This document shows, piece after piece, positions 14,932 through 23,692 of a stretch of DNA of 46,474 nt (its first letter is position 1; every line of letters starts with the position of its first letter). A program made the translations under genes and the position numbers. The notes under the pieces were generated by a model. It was not told the DNA's origin and searched no databases. It worked only from the letters and a program-made list of their open reading frames with translations. The DNA comes from a virus. Location of the stretch: the IMG/VR virus record IMGVR_UViG_3300049186_000011; one strand, given 5' to 3'.

Positions 14932-15539
14932 GCGCCCCCTTAATCGCGGAGATAATTTCGCATGGCGACAAGGCCGAAGAGCTTCCTATCGAAACTCTAT
15001 GTCTGTCTGCTCGCACTAATAAATTCTTGAGATCAGCAGGGATTACCCGCATTAAAGACCTGATCCAGCGCTCTAATCTTGAACTGCTGAATATTCCTGG
15101 CTTTGGCAAGAAGTCGCTGGAAGAAGTTACCCAGGTCCTTGAAGTGTTCGATGGTCTTGTGAGTGGAATTTTCACTCGCTCTAAACCTCGTGTTACTGAT
15201 GGCGTCACTAACACCACTGGCTTGCTGCCCGTGGAATACAAAGTGGTGATCCTGCCCGACGATGTCGAAGAAACCGATGAGCGCATCAAGAGCGCCAAGG
15301 CGGCCGGTATTCACCTGATCGAGCAGACGAGCGAGCGCGAAAAAACCAAGCAGGTCAAGGGCCGCTTGATCGCCGTGGGCGGCAACGCGTTCGCGGACTG
15401 GAGCGGCACCATCCCGCAGGTTGGCGACCGCATCTGGTTTGCCAAGCACGCCGGCTACGTAGTGCCCGGGCATGACGGCAAGGAGTACCGCCTGTGCAAT
15501 GACAAGGACATCGCTGCAATCATCGAGGTGCAGTCATGA
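14928..15539 (+). CDS. Fusion protein: RNA polymerase alpha C-terminal-domain-like (HhH) domain plus GroES-like co-chaperonin domain
   Basis: N-terminus ELPIETLCLSARTNKFLRSAGITRIKDLIQRSNLELLNIPGFGKKSLEEVTQVL resembles E. coli RpoA CTD ([46 protein letters not shown]). C-terminus LLPVEYKVVILPDDVEE...GRLIAVGGNAF...VGDRIWFAKHAGYVV..DGKEYRLCNDKDIAAIIE resembles GroES. Confidence 0.75.
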   Translation: MSAPLIAEIISHGDKAEELPIETLCLSARTNKFLRSAGITRIKDLIQRSNLELLNIPGFGKKSLEEVTQVLEVFDGLVSGIFTRSKPRVTDGVTNTTGLLPVEYKVVILPDDVEETDERIKSAKAAGIHLIEQTSEREKTKQVKGRLIAVGGNAFADWSGTIPQVGDRIWFAKHAGYVVPGHDGKEYRLCNDKDIAAIIEVQS

Positions 15540-15955
15540 CGACCGAGCCAACGCATGTATTTGCCTCGCAAACATATCGCGAAATAATGGACGATCTGAT
15601 GGATTACATGTCCAAGGATCGTCAAGTCTACCCCGAGATGGGGAATCGGCATCAATGCCCAACTGGTGACCCGTATATCACGCTGACGATTGGCGGGGTG
15701 AAGGTACAGGGCGATAAGCATAAGTTGTGGGCGACAGACATAGGGGCCGCAGAGGAATTCTTTAAACGCCAGTTTGACCAATATGCGGCGGGCAAAAATG
15801 GAGTTCTGTATTGGCGCAGGCACCCTGAAGTGTCGATGCAGTCATACCAAAATCACTTCACTGGCGGCATGGAGTCTTACATGACCATTACCGCCCGCAT
15901 GGTGATTTCTGACCAGCCAGTGCTAGCAACCGAAACCAAGGAAGAAGCGAAATGA
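15536..15955 (+). CDS. Hypothetical protein
   Basis: 139 aa. Lower-GC gene in the cluster inserted between portal and scaffold. Confidence 0.6.
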   Translation: MTTEPTHVFASQTYREIMDDLMDYMSKDRQVYPEMGNRHQCPTGDPYITLTIGGVKVQGDKHKLWATDIGAAEEFFKRQFDQYAAGKNGVLYWRRHPEVSMQSYQNHFTGGMESYMTITARMVISDQPVLATETKEEAK

Positions 15956-16848
15956 TCACCAAGGCAATGCGATTTGTAATCCGGCGCCCAGCCGGTGAAG
16001 ACGGTAGCAACAACGGCGGCGGCCAAGCGGAAGGCGTAAGCGACGCTCAGGCGCAAGACGACGGTGACCCCGCTGCCGACGCGGCCAGCAAGGCCGTCGA
16101 AGACAAGGCCCGGGAAATGGGCTGGACCCCCAAGGACCAGTTCAAGGGCGACCCGTCGAAATGGCGCGACGCATCGGAATTCGTGGAGCGCGGCGAAAAG
16201 CTGCTGCCCATCGTGCAAGCCAAGGTGAAAAAGCAGGAAGCGGAACTGCGCGAACTGCGCGCCACTGTCAAAGACCTGGGCGATTTCGTCACCAAGACCG
16301 AGCAGCGCGCGTATGACCGCGCCCTGGCCGACCTGACCGCCCAGCGCGCCGCCGCGATTGAAGCGGGTGACGGCAAAGCGTTCACGGAAATTGACGAGCA
16401 AATCCAGTCAGTCAGAGCGGAAGTGGTCGCCAAGGCCCAAAAACAGGCCGCCAAGGCTGAAACGACCGACCCCGAGTATGAAGAGTGGGCCGGCCGGAAT
16501 AAATGGCTGGAAGACCCAGCAATGAGCGCGTACGCCGAATCCATGGCGATCTATCTGCGCAAGTCCGGCGAGAAGGCGACCGGCTCCGATTTCTTGGAAC
16601 TGGTGGCCAAGGAGGTCAAGGCCAAGTTCCCGGAAAAATTCACCAACCCACGCCGCGCCGCCGCGCCAGCCGTTGAAAGCGGTGCCCCTGCGCCACGCAA
16701 AGGTGGCAAGGGCTTTGCCGACATGCCTGCTGACGCCCGCGCAGCATGTGACCGCATGGCCCGCAACCTGTTCAACGGCGATGAAAAGGCGATGGCCAAG
16801 TTCAAAGCCGACTATGTGAAAAACCATTTCGAAGGAGAGGCAGCATGA
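15952..16848 (+). CDS. Scaffolding-like protein
   Basis: 298 aa, charged and Ala/Lys/Glu-rich helical sequence upstream of the capsid genes. Confidence 0.55.
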   Translation: MITKAMRFVIRRPAGEDGSNNGGGQAEGVSDAQAQDDGDPAADAASKAVEDKAREMGWTPKDQFKGDPSKWRDASEFVERGEKLLPIVQAKVKKQEAELRELRATVKDLGDFVTKTEQRAYDRALADLTAQRAAAIEAGDGKAFTEIDEQIQSVRAEVVAKAQKQAAKAETTDPEYEEWAGRNKWLEDPAMSAYAESMAIYLRKSGEKATGSDFLELVAKEVKAKFPEKFTNPRRAAAPAVESGAPAPRKGGKGFADMPADARAACDRMARNLFNGDEKAMAKFKADYVKNHFEGEAA

Positions 16849-17306
16849 GCCGTGAAGCACGCCCGCAAACGCGGGACGAAAAAGCAACAGGCAGGAAGGC
16901 GCGCGTCGGCTTGGGCGTGGCGCGCAGCAGGTTATCGGCGGCAGGACGACCCGGTTATGTTCGGCGCTGGATCAATGACAAAGAGGGTCGCTTGCAACTC
17001 GCTCAGGAGGTCGATTACCAATTCGTGACCGACTACAAAATGCAAGTTGGTGATGTCGATATCAGCAACGGGAACAGTGATCTCGGCTCGCGTGTCAGTC
17101 GCGTGGTCGATCAGACCACCGGCCAAAGGGCATACCTCATGGAAATCAGGGAAGAGTTGTATCAGGAAGATCAGGCAGCAAAGGCATCAGCCCTGGACGA
17201 AACTGACCGGCGCATCCGCACCGGCAAGTGCGCCACCGACGACAACAGGGACGGCCGGTACATCCCGGACAACGGTCGCGGTATCGACATCCAGCGCAGC
17301 AAGTAA
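16845..17306 (+). CDS. Hypothetical head-module protein
   Basis: 153 aa, ...RPGYVRRWINDKEGRLQLAQEVDYQFV... Confidence 0.6.
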   Translation: MSREARPQTRDEKATGRKARVGLGVARSRLSAAGRPGYVRRWINDKEGRLQLAQEVDYQFVTDYKMQVGDVDISNGNSDLGSRVSRVVDQTTGQRAYLMEIREELYQEDQAAKASALDETDRRIRTGKCATDDNRDGRYIPDNGRGIDIQRSK

Positions 17307-17340
17307 CTCCATCGGCGCACGCCGAACACCAAACCAACAA

Positions 17341-17362
17341 GGGCCATCTGTGGCCCTTTTTT
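17341..17362 (+). terminator. Intra-operon hairpin terminator/attenuator
   Basis: GGGCCA-tctg-TGGCCC followed by TTTTTT. Confidence 0.65.
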
Positions 17363-17381
17363 CATCCTAGGACCACTCAAA

Positions 17382-17960
17382 ATGGCAAACACTGATACCC
17401 CGATGGGGCTGCGCCCCGTCGCGCATCGGAACGGCGCCCCTTACAACGGCGCATTCCGCGTTTATTCCACCGCAGCCGGCGACGGCACCGCACTGTACAT
17501 CGGTGACCTGGTCAAACTGGCCGGCACCGCTCAAACGATCCGTGGCCGGGTGCTGCCGGACGTTACCCGCGCAGCTACCGGCGACGTGATTACCGGTGTC
17601 GTCGTCGGCGTGCGCCCAGCTACGCAAGACAGCACCGTCTACCGCGCTGCATCGACCCAGACCGAAGTGTTCATTGCGGACGATCCGGACCTGATCTTTG
17701 AAGCTCAAGAAGGCTCGTCCGGCACGGCACTGACCGCCAATGACGCCGGCCTGAACATCGACTTCGTCGTCGGCGCCGGCAGCACTGCAACCGGCCTGTC
17801 CGGAACGCTGCTGAACAACGCCACCGAGGCGACAACCAACACGCTGGACCTGCATCTGGTCCAGCCAGTACCGCGCGAGGACAACGCCATCGGCTACTCG
17901 TGCAAGTGGCTGGTGACGATCAACCGTCATCAGTATTCCAACCAAGTAGCGGGGGTATAA
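17382..17960 (+). CDS. Putative capsid decoration/accessory protein
   Basis: 192 aa immediately upstream of the major capsid gene. MANTDTPMGLRPV... Confidence 0.4.
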   Translation: MANTDTPMGLRPVAHRNGAPYNGAFRVYSTAAGDGTALYIGDLVKLAGTAQTIRGRVLPDVTRAATGDVITGVVVGVRPATQDSTVYRAASTQTEVFIADDPDLIFEAQEGSSGTALTANDAGLNIDFVVGAGSTATGLSGTLLNNATEATTNTLDLHLVQPVPREDNAIGYSCKWLVTINRHQYSNQVAGV

Positions 17961-17963
17961 ATC

Positions 17964-18878
17964 ATGGCTGGCGGCATCATCAATACGGGTGCACACCCGA
18001 AAACTCTGTGGCCGGGCATCCATTCCCTGTTCGGCATGTGGTACCAGAATCGCGACCTGTGGCGCGATCTGGTCACCGTCCAAACCTCGGACAAGCACCG
18101 CGAGGAAATCGTGCAGGAGGACGGTTTCGGGTTGGCTGCGATCAAGGAGCAAGGTGGGTCCATCGGCTACGACACCACGTCGCAGCAAGGCACCGCGACG
18201 GCGTACCACATCGTGTACGGCCTGGGCTACATCATCACGCGCGAAGCGATCGAAGACAACCAGTACGAAAAACTGGCATCTGCCCGCGCCAAGGCACTGA
18301 AGCGCGCCATGGTGGAAACCAAGAACACCGTGGTGGCGAACTGGTTCAATCGCGGCTTTGACACCAACTACTCCGTTGGTACGGAGGCCAAACCGCTGTT
18401 CTCGGCGTCGCACAGTTCCCAGGTGGGCAGCCAGAGCAACATCCTGGCCACCGCCGCCGACCTGTCTGAAGCTTCGCTGGAAGACCTGTGCATTCAGGTT
18501 GCCGGCGCCACCGATGGCCGTGGCAACAAGGTGTCGCTGCAAATTCGCAGCCTGCACATCCCGCGTCAACTGATGTTCGAAGCAGAGCGCATCCTGAAAT
18601 CGATCAACCAGAACGACACGGCCAACAACGCCATCAACGCGCTGCGCTCGATGAACATGTTCCCGGAAGGTGTGAAAGTCAACCACTTTTTCACTGACCC
18701 GGACGCGTTCTTTGTGCGCACCGACGCGATGGACGGCCTGACGCTGTTCCAGCGCCGCGAACTCGAATTCACGAAAGATAACGAGTTCGGCACGGAAAAC
18801 GCCCTGGCAAAAGCCACCGAACGCTATTCGCTGCAAATTGGCGATTGGCGCGAATGGTACGGCAGCGCCGGCGCGTAA
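17964..18878 (+). CDS. Major capsid protein (putative HK97-fold)
   Basis: 304 aa, placed after scaffold and decoration genes and bracketed by hairpin terminators. Call is mainly by position and composition. Confidence 0.7.
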   Translation: MAGGIINTGAHPKTLWPGIHSLFGMWYQNRDLWRDLVTVQTSDKHREEIVQEDGFGLAAIKEQGGSIGYDTTSQQGTATAYHIVYGLGYIITREAIEDNQYEKLASARAKALKRAMVETKNTVVANWFNRGFDTNYSVGTEAKPLFSASHSSQVGSQSNILATAADLSEASLEDLCIQVAGATDGRGNKVSLQIRSLHIPRQLMFEAERILKSINQNDTANNAINALRSMNMFPEGVKVNHFFTDPDAFFVRTDAMDGLTLFQRRELEFTKDNEFGTENALAKATERYSLQIGDWREWYGSAGA

Positions 18879-18899
18879 CCGGCAATCGCAACAACCTGG

Positions 18900-18928
18900 C
18901 GGCCCCTTCGTGGGGCCGTTCTTCATTG
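18900..18928 (+). terminator. Hairpin terminator after the capsid gene
   Basis: CGGCCCC-ttcgt-GGGGCCG followed by TTCTTCATT. Confidence 0.55.
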
Positions 18929-18947
18929 AACGCTAGGAGTTCACAAC

Positions 18948-19658
18948 ATGAGTGCACCAACCCGTTTCCCGAGTGGCGTGACGAATGTCCGCAAGAGCAA
19001 TCCGCTCGGCATGTATGGCCTGCCCGACCCCACGGCATGGCACACCTATTTCAACGATTTCGATACCTACGTTGCCGGTCATTGGACCGTGACCGAAGTC
19101 GGCAGCGGCAGCCGCGCGCTGACGGACCTGGACGGCGGCTGCCTGCTGGTCACTAATGCGGGTGCCGACAATGACCGCAACGAGTTGCAGAAAGTGGGCG
19201 AATCGTTCCTTCTGACCGCTGGCAAGCGCACCGTCTTCAAGGCCCGCTTCAAAGTGTCGGACGCCACGCAATCCGATTTCCTGATTGGTCTGGCCGTCAC
19301 CGATACAACCCTGCAAGGCTCCGTGGATGGCGCCGGCGTCACCGATGGCATTTTCTTCAGCAAGGACGACGGCGACACCCAGCTTGACGTCCAGTGCCAG
19401 AAAAATGCCACCACCGGCCAGACGCGCGCCGCCAACATCGCCACTGTTGCCGACGACACGTTCCTCACCGTGGCATGGGCCTATGACGGCGTGAGCGAGG
19501 TCAAGTACTTCGTCAACGACGTGCAATTGGGCACTCTCGACGGCACCAGTACCTACTTGCCGGACACCGAACTGACCGTGTCGTTTGCGATCCAGAACGG
19601 CGAAGCGGTCGCCAAGACCATGACGGTCGATTACATCCTCGCGGCGCAAGAGCGCTAA
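18948..19658 (+). CDS. Virion structural protein (beta-sandwich/jelly-roll-like; possible cement or decoration protein)
   Basis: 236 aa, ...DFDTYVAGHWTVTEVGSGSRALTDLDGGCLLVTNAGADNDRNELQ... Confidence 0.4.
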   Translation: MSAPTRFPSGVTNVRKSNPLGMYGLPDPTAWHTYFNDFDTYVAGHWTVTEVGSGSRALTDLDGGCLLVTNAGADNDRNELQKVGESFLLTAGKRTVFKARFKVSDATQSDFLIGLAVTDTTLQGSVDGAGVTDGIFFSKDDGDTQLDVQCQKNATTGQTRAANIATVADDTFLTVAWAYDGVSEVKYFVNDVQLGTLDGTSTYLPDTELTVSFAIQNGEAVAKTMTVDYILAAQER

Positions 19659-19678
19659 CACTCACTAAGGAAAATATC

Positions 19679-20209
19679 ATGGCTTACTCTTCCGATTGGT
19701 TCCTGGAACAGGCCCGCCTGGGCAAGATGTTCCATGCCTGCACCACGGGCGCCGTCACCCTGTCCACCGTCAGCGCGACCTGCACCGGCTTGGCGCTGTC
19801 GAACCCATATGGCTCCGGGAAAAACCTGGTCATTGAAAAAGTGCGCTTCGCGCCTTCCACCGCGCCGGCCGGTGCTGCTGTTGTTGGCTTGGCGATCAGC
19901 CCCGCCGTCAGCCCTACCGCCGTTGTCCACACCACGCCAGCAGTGATCCACAACGCCATCATGACCGGCTCCAACGTCAGTACCGGCGTCGGCCAGGCTG
20001 ATGCTGCCGCAACGCTGCCTGCCGCCCCGGTCTGGCTGCGTCCGATTGGCTCTGTTGTGGCTGCAAGCTCCATCACGCCCGGCATGTACGTCGATCAGAC
20101 CAACGGCGACATCATCCTGCCGCCCGGCACCAACCTGTCGCTGTCGTACCTCACCACGGCGGCGGTGGGCATCGCGGAAATCACCTGGGTCGAAGTCGAT
20201 ATCACCTAA
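19679..20209 (+). CDS. Hypothetical structural protein
   Basis: 176 aa. A hairpin follows at about 20212-20235. Confidence 0.6.
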   Translation: MAYSSDWFLEQARLGKMFHACTTGAVTLSTVSATCTGLALSNPYGSGKNLVIEKVRFAPSTAPAGAAVVGLAISPAVSPTAVVHTTPAVIHNAIMTGSNVSTGVGQADAAATLPAAPVWLRPIGSVVAASSITPGMYVDQTNGDIILPPGTNLSLSYLTTAAVGIAEITWVEVDIT

Positions 20210-20248
20210 ACAAGAGGGCTACGGCCCTCTTTAATCGGAGGCTTCGCC

Positions 20249-20665
20249 ATGGCGAATATTGCAAACGTAACGAAAATCGTGGACGGTGACCGCATTGCGG
20301 TTTTCCACGTATTCATCCGGGGCGACGGTGCAAGCGGCGATTTCAGCAAGCAGGTGCTGATTGATCCCGCTCCAACTGCTGACCTGGACCCAGCGCCGGG
20401 CCGCAAGCCATCGCTGACCATCATGGAATTGTGGACGAGCCTTTCAGGCTTCTCCGCCATGCTGGAATTCGATTACCTGAACGACGAGACGGGCGCGTGG
20501 GCCATTCCTGCTGATCATTCGGAGCAAATCTGCTTCGATAACTTCGGCGGCATCAAGGATCGATCCAATGTACTGGATGGTACCGGCAAGCTGATGCTGA
20601 CCACGTTCGGCCTGCTGGATGCGTCCGACTGCGGGACGCTGATCATCAAGGTACGGAAAGACTGA
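20249..20665 (+). CDS. Hypothetical structural protein
   Basis: 138 aa. Confidence 0.6.
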   Translation: MANIANVTKIVDGDRIAVFHVFIRGDGASGDFSKQVLIDPAPTADLDPAPGRKPSLTIMELWTSLSGFSAMLEFDYLNDETGAWAIPADHSEQICFDNFGGIKDRSNVLDGTGKLMLTTFGLLDASDCGTLIIKVRKD

Positions 20666-20666
20666 A

Positions 20667-20915
20667 ATGCGCGGCCATGATCAGTTCATTTTGGGCGACT
20701 CCAATGGGGTATGCGACGTGTGCGGCTTTGATTTCAAGCAGTCGCAACTGCGCAAACGCTGGGACGGCGCCATGGTATGCGGCGCCGACTGGGAGTCGCG
20801 CCACCCGCAGGACACCGTGAAGGCCGTCCCTGAGCGCAATCACGTCAAAGACCCACGTCCACGCCCTGAGCCGCGCTTCCTGGAAGTGGGTGAGATTACG
20901 GCGGAGGATCTATGA
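20667..20915 (+). CDS. Hypothetical protein with CxxC
   Basis: 82 aa, ...GVCDVCGFDFKQSQLRKRWDGAMVCGADWESRHPQD... Confidence 0.6.
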   Translation: MRGHDQFILGDSNGVCDVCGFDFKQSQLRKRWDGAMVCGADWESRHPQDTVKAVPERNHVKDPRPRPEPRFLEVGEITAEDL

Positions 20916-21349
20916 CTTGCATCGCATGGGATGGAAAGACGCTGGCGTCTGATAAATTGGCCTCATCTGGCGGCTTACGGAATACTGTCACCAAAATTCA
21001 TCGCATTGATGGCGTTTTGGTTGGCGCCTCCGGCGATACCTCACTTTGCAATCAGATGATTGAATGGGTGCGCAGGGGGCGGCAACTGTCCGATTTCCCG
21101 AAGTCGCAAACCGACAAGGATGACTGGCAAGCGTTGTTGGTAATTGAGATCGACGGCACGCCATCTTTATATGAGCGCTCGCCCTACCCAATTCGCTTTG
21201 AGCAACGCTTCGTCGCTATTGGCTGCGGCCGTGATTACGCTTGCGCAGCGATGCATCTTGGTCATGATGCCGCTAAGGCGGTGCAGGTAGCCATTGATCT
21301 CGATACTGGCTGCGGCAGCGGCATTGATGTGCTGGAGTTGCAGCCATGA
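20912..21349 (+). CDS. Ntn-hydrolase, proteasome beta/HslV-like peptidase
   Basis: Thr directly follows Met (MTCIAWDGKTLASDKLAS...). ...KIHRIDGVLVGASGDTS...FVAIGCGRDYACAAM... compares with HslV TTIVSVRR...GFAGGTADAF...IAIGSGGPYAQAAA. Confidence 0.55.
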   Translation: MTCIAWDGKTLASDKLASSGGLRNTVTKIHRIDGVLVGASGDTSLCNQMIEWVRRGRQLSDFPKSQTDKDDWQALLVIEIDGTPSLYERSPYPIRFEQRFVAIGCGRDYACAAMHLGHDAAKAVQVAIDLDTGCGSGIDVLELQP

Positions 21350-22293
21350 CCACCAGCGGAAGCAGCAACTTCGCCATCAGCCGCGATGACATCATCCGTG
21401 AGGCGCTGGAAACCATCGGCTTTACCGCGTTCGGTGACGGCATCGATCCGAACATCACAGAAAGCTGCGCGCGCAAGCTGAATCTGATGGTCAAGGCCTG
21501 GATGGCGGACGGCGCACACCTGTGGACCATGAGTCAGGCAACGATGTTTTTCGAGGTGGGCACGGCGACGTACAGCCTGGGCCCGACCGGCGACCACTGC
21601 ACGAATACGTATGTGCAGACCACGCTTTCCACGGATGAAGCGACCAGTTCCACGTCCATCGGCCTGACTGCCTATGCAGGCATGGCCAACGGCGACAACA
21701 TCGGCATTGTGCTGGATGACGGCACGCTGCACTGGACGACGATCAGCGGCACGCCGGGGGCGACTACGACGATTGCTGCCGGGCTGCCAAGCGCTGCCAC
21801 GGCGGGTAATGTGGTGTTCACGTACACCACCAAGATCAACCGCCCGCAGCGCATCGACACGGACGCCGCTTACTGGCGCTCGCCGCAGGCGTATGACCTG
21901 CCGGTTACGGTCTGCTCGCGCGACGAATACGCGCAACTGGTCAACAAGAGTTCGCAGGGCAAAGTGGTCAACATCTTCTATGACCCGCAACTGGTGAACG
22001 GCAACCTGTCGGTGTGGCCCACGCCGGATAGCGCAAGCGACGTACTGCGCTTCTGGTATGAGCGCCCACTTGAAGATTTCGATGACGGCACCGATACGCC
22101 TGATTTCCCGATTGAATGGGGCTCAACCCTGACGCTGAATCTGGCCGATGCCCTGGCCGTGAATCCGATATTCAAAGTCCCACTGCCCACGCAGGCGCGC
22201 ATTTCCAAAATGGCCGCCGCCGCACTGGAAAAGGCTATGGGATACGACAAAGAGAACACAAGTGTGTTCTTCCAACCTGATACGAGGTCGTAA
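21346..22293 (+). CDS. Virion head-tail joining/adaptor-like protein, paralog 1
   Basis: 315 aa. N-terminus ...IIREALETIGFTAFGDGIDPNITESCARKLNLMVKAWMADG... shares a pattern with the next gene. Confidence 0.45.
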   Translation: MTTSGSSNFAISRDDIIREALETIGFTAFGDGIDPNITESCARKLNLMVKAWMADGAHLWTMSQATMFFEVGTATYSLGPTGDHCTNTYVQTTLSTDEATSSTSIGLTAYAGMANGDNIGIVLDDGTLHWTTISGTPGATTTIAAGLPSAATAGNVVFTYTTKINRPQRIDTDAAYWRSPQAYDLPVTVCSRDEYAQLVNKSSQGKVVNIFYDPQLVNGNLSVWPTPDSASDVLRFWYERPLEDFDDGTDTPDFPIEWGSTLTLNLADALAVNPIFKVPLPTQARISKMAAAALEKAMGYDKENTSVFFQPDTRS

Positions 22294-22295
22294 GC

Positions 22296-23222
22296 ATGGC
22301 AACAGCACAAGCTATCTTGACTCGCTCCCTGCGGCTGTTGGGCGTAATCGAATCCGGCAATTCCCCGACAGCGGAGGAATTGAGCGACGGTCTGGAGTCC
22401 CTGAACGCGATCATTGAAACTTGGCAGACCGATGATCGGGCCTACTTCTCCCAGGTGGACAGCACCTTTACGCTGACGACCGGCACCGGGCAATATGCCA
22501 TCGGTGACACGGTGCTGACCATTTCCGGCATCACGCGCACCAGCACCACGGCCACGGTGACGACTGAAACGCGGCATTCCCTGGAAACCGGGAATCGTGT
22601 GACCATTGCGGGGTGCGTGCAGACCGATTACAACATCACCGCCGCCATCACCGTGACAGGGGCATACACGTTCACCTACACCGTCGCCAACTCCCCTACT
22701 ACGCCGGCTACCACGCTGACCAGCATCACCGCTGTCAACGCAAATTTCAACACCGCTCGCCCGGTTGATCTGCTAGGCGCGTTCGTGCGGGCGTCGAATG
22801 TCGATTACCAACTCGGCATCATCACAGAGCGCCGCTGGGACAACACCGCAAACAAGACTACACAGGCTGCGCAGCCAACCAAGATTCTGTACCGGCCCGG
22901 GTATCCCTTTGGGCAGTTGCTGTTGCTGCCGGTGCCATCCGCTACTGGCACGCTGCATATCAAGACGCGCAATTGCCTACAGCCGTACAGCGACGTGACA
23001 GACGATCAACCTATGCCACCGGGGTATTTCCGCGCACTCTGCCTAGCCACGGCCATTGACATCGCGCCGGAATATGGTGCCAAGGTGACGCCGGAAGTGC
23101 TGGCCAGTGTCACGAACGCATTCCAGGCGTTGTGGGGTCTGAACACGTCAAAACCGCCATCGTCCAAAGACAACCAGCGCGCAGCACCGATGCTGCCGGC
23201 CGTGCAGGTGCAGCAGCCATGA
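22296..23222 (+). CDS. Virion head-tail joining/adaptor-like protein, paralog 2
   Basis: 308 aa. N-terminus ...ILTRSLRLLGVIESGNSPTAEELSDGLESLNAIIETWQTDD... Confidence 0.45.
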   Translation: MATAQAILTRSLRLLGVIESGNSPTAEELSDGLESLNAIIETWQTDDRAYFSQVDSTFTLTTGTGQYAIGDTVLTISGITRTSTTATVTTETRHSLETGNRVTIAGCVQTDYNITAAITVTGAYTFTYTVANSPTTPATTLTSITAVNANFNTARPVDLLGAFVRASNVDYQLGIITERRWDNTANKTTQAAQPTKILYRPGYPFGQLLLLPVPSATGTLHIKTRNCLQPYSDVTDDQPMPPGYFRALCLATAIDIAPEYGAKVTPEVLASVTNAFQALWGLNTSKPPSSKDNQRAAPMLPAVQVQQP

Positions 23223-23692
23223 ACCTGATTCATTTCCGTTACTCGGGGACGCTCCGTGTCCGCACCTCGCTTGACCAGATATACCGGCTGGAAGAGGAAT
23301 TGCTGAAACAGCCACAGGTTGACTGCCCAGTGCGCCATTACTACACGGATGGCATCTATGCGCGGGAAATGACGATACCGCCATGGACGGTCATCAGCGG
23401 CGCCGTGCATCGCAGCGAACATTTGGCAATCCTGTCAAAGGGCCGTATCGAGGTGGAGACTGAACATGGCCTCGTCATGCTGAAAGCGCCGCACATGCTG
23501 GTGTCAACGGCCGGCATCAAGCGCATCGGACGCACCTTTGACGAGGGCGCCGTATGGACCACGTTCCACCACAACCCGGGCAACTGCACGGATATAGACG
23601 TGCTGGTTGAGCGGATTTCCACATCGAAGAATTGCGAGTTGCTGGGCAATCGTCCAGTAATCGCGAAGGAGGAACCATGTCTTTTGGAATAA
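23219..23692 (+). CDS. Hypothetical protein (possibly cupin-like beta-barrel)
   Basis: 157 aa starting at ATG 23219. Confidence 0.5.
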   Translation: MNLIHFRYSGTLRVRTSLDQIYRLEEELLKQPQVDCPVRHYYTDGIYAREMTIPPWTVISGAVHRSEHLAILSKGRIEVETEHGLVMLKAPHMLVSTAGIKRIGRTFDEGAVWTTFHHNPGNCTDIDVLVERISTSKNCELLGNRPVIAKEEPCLLE

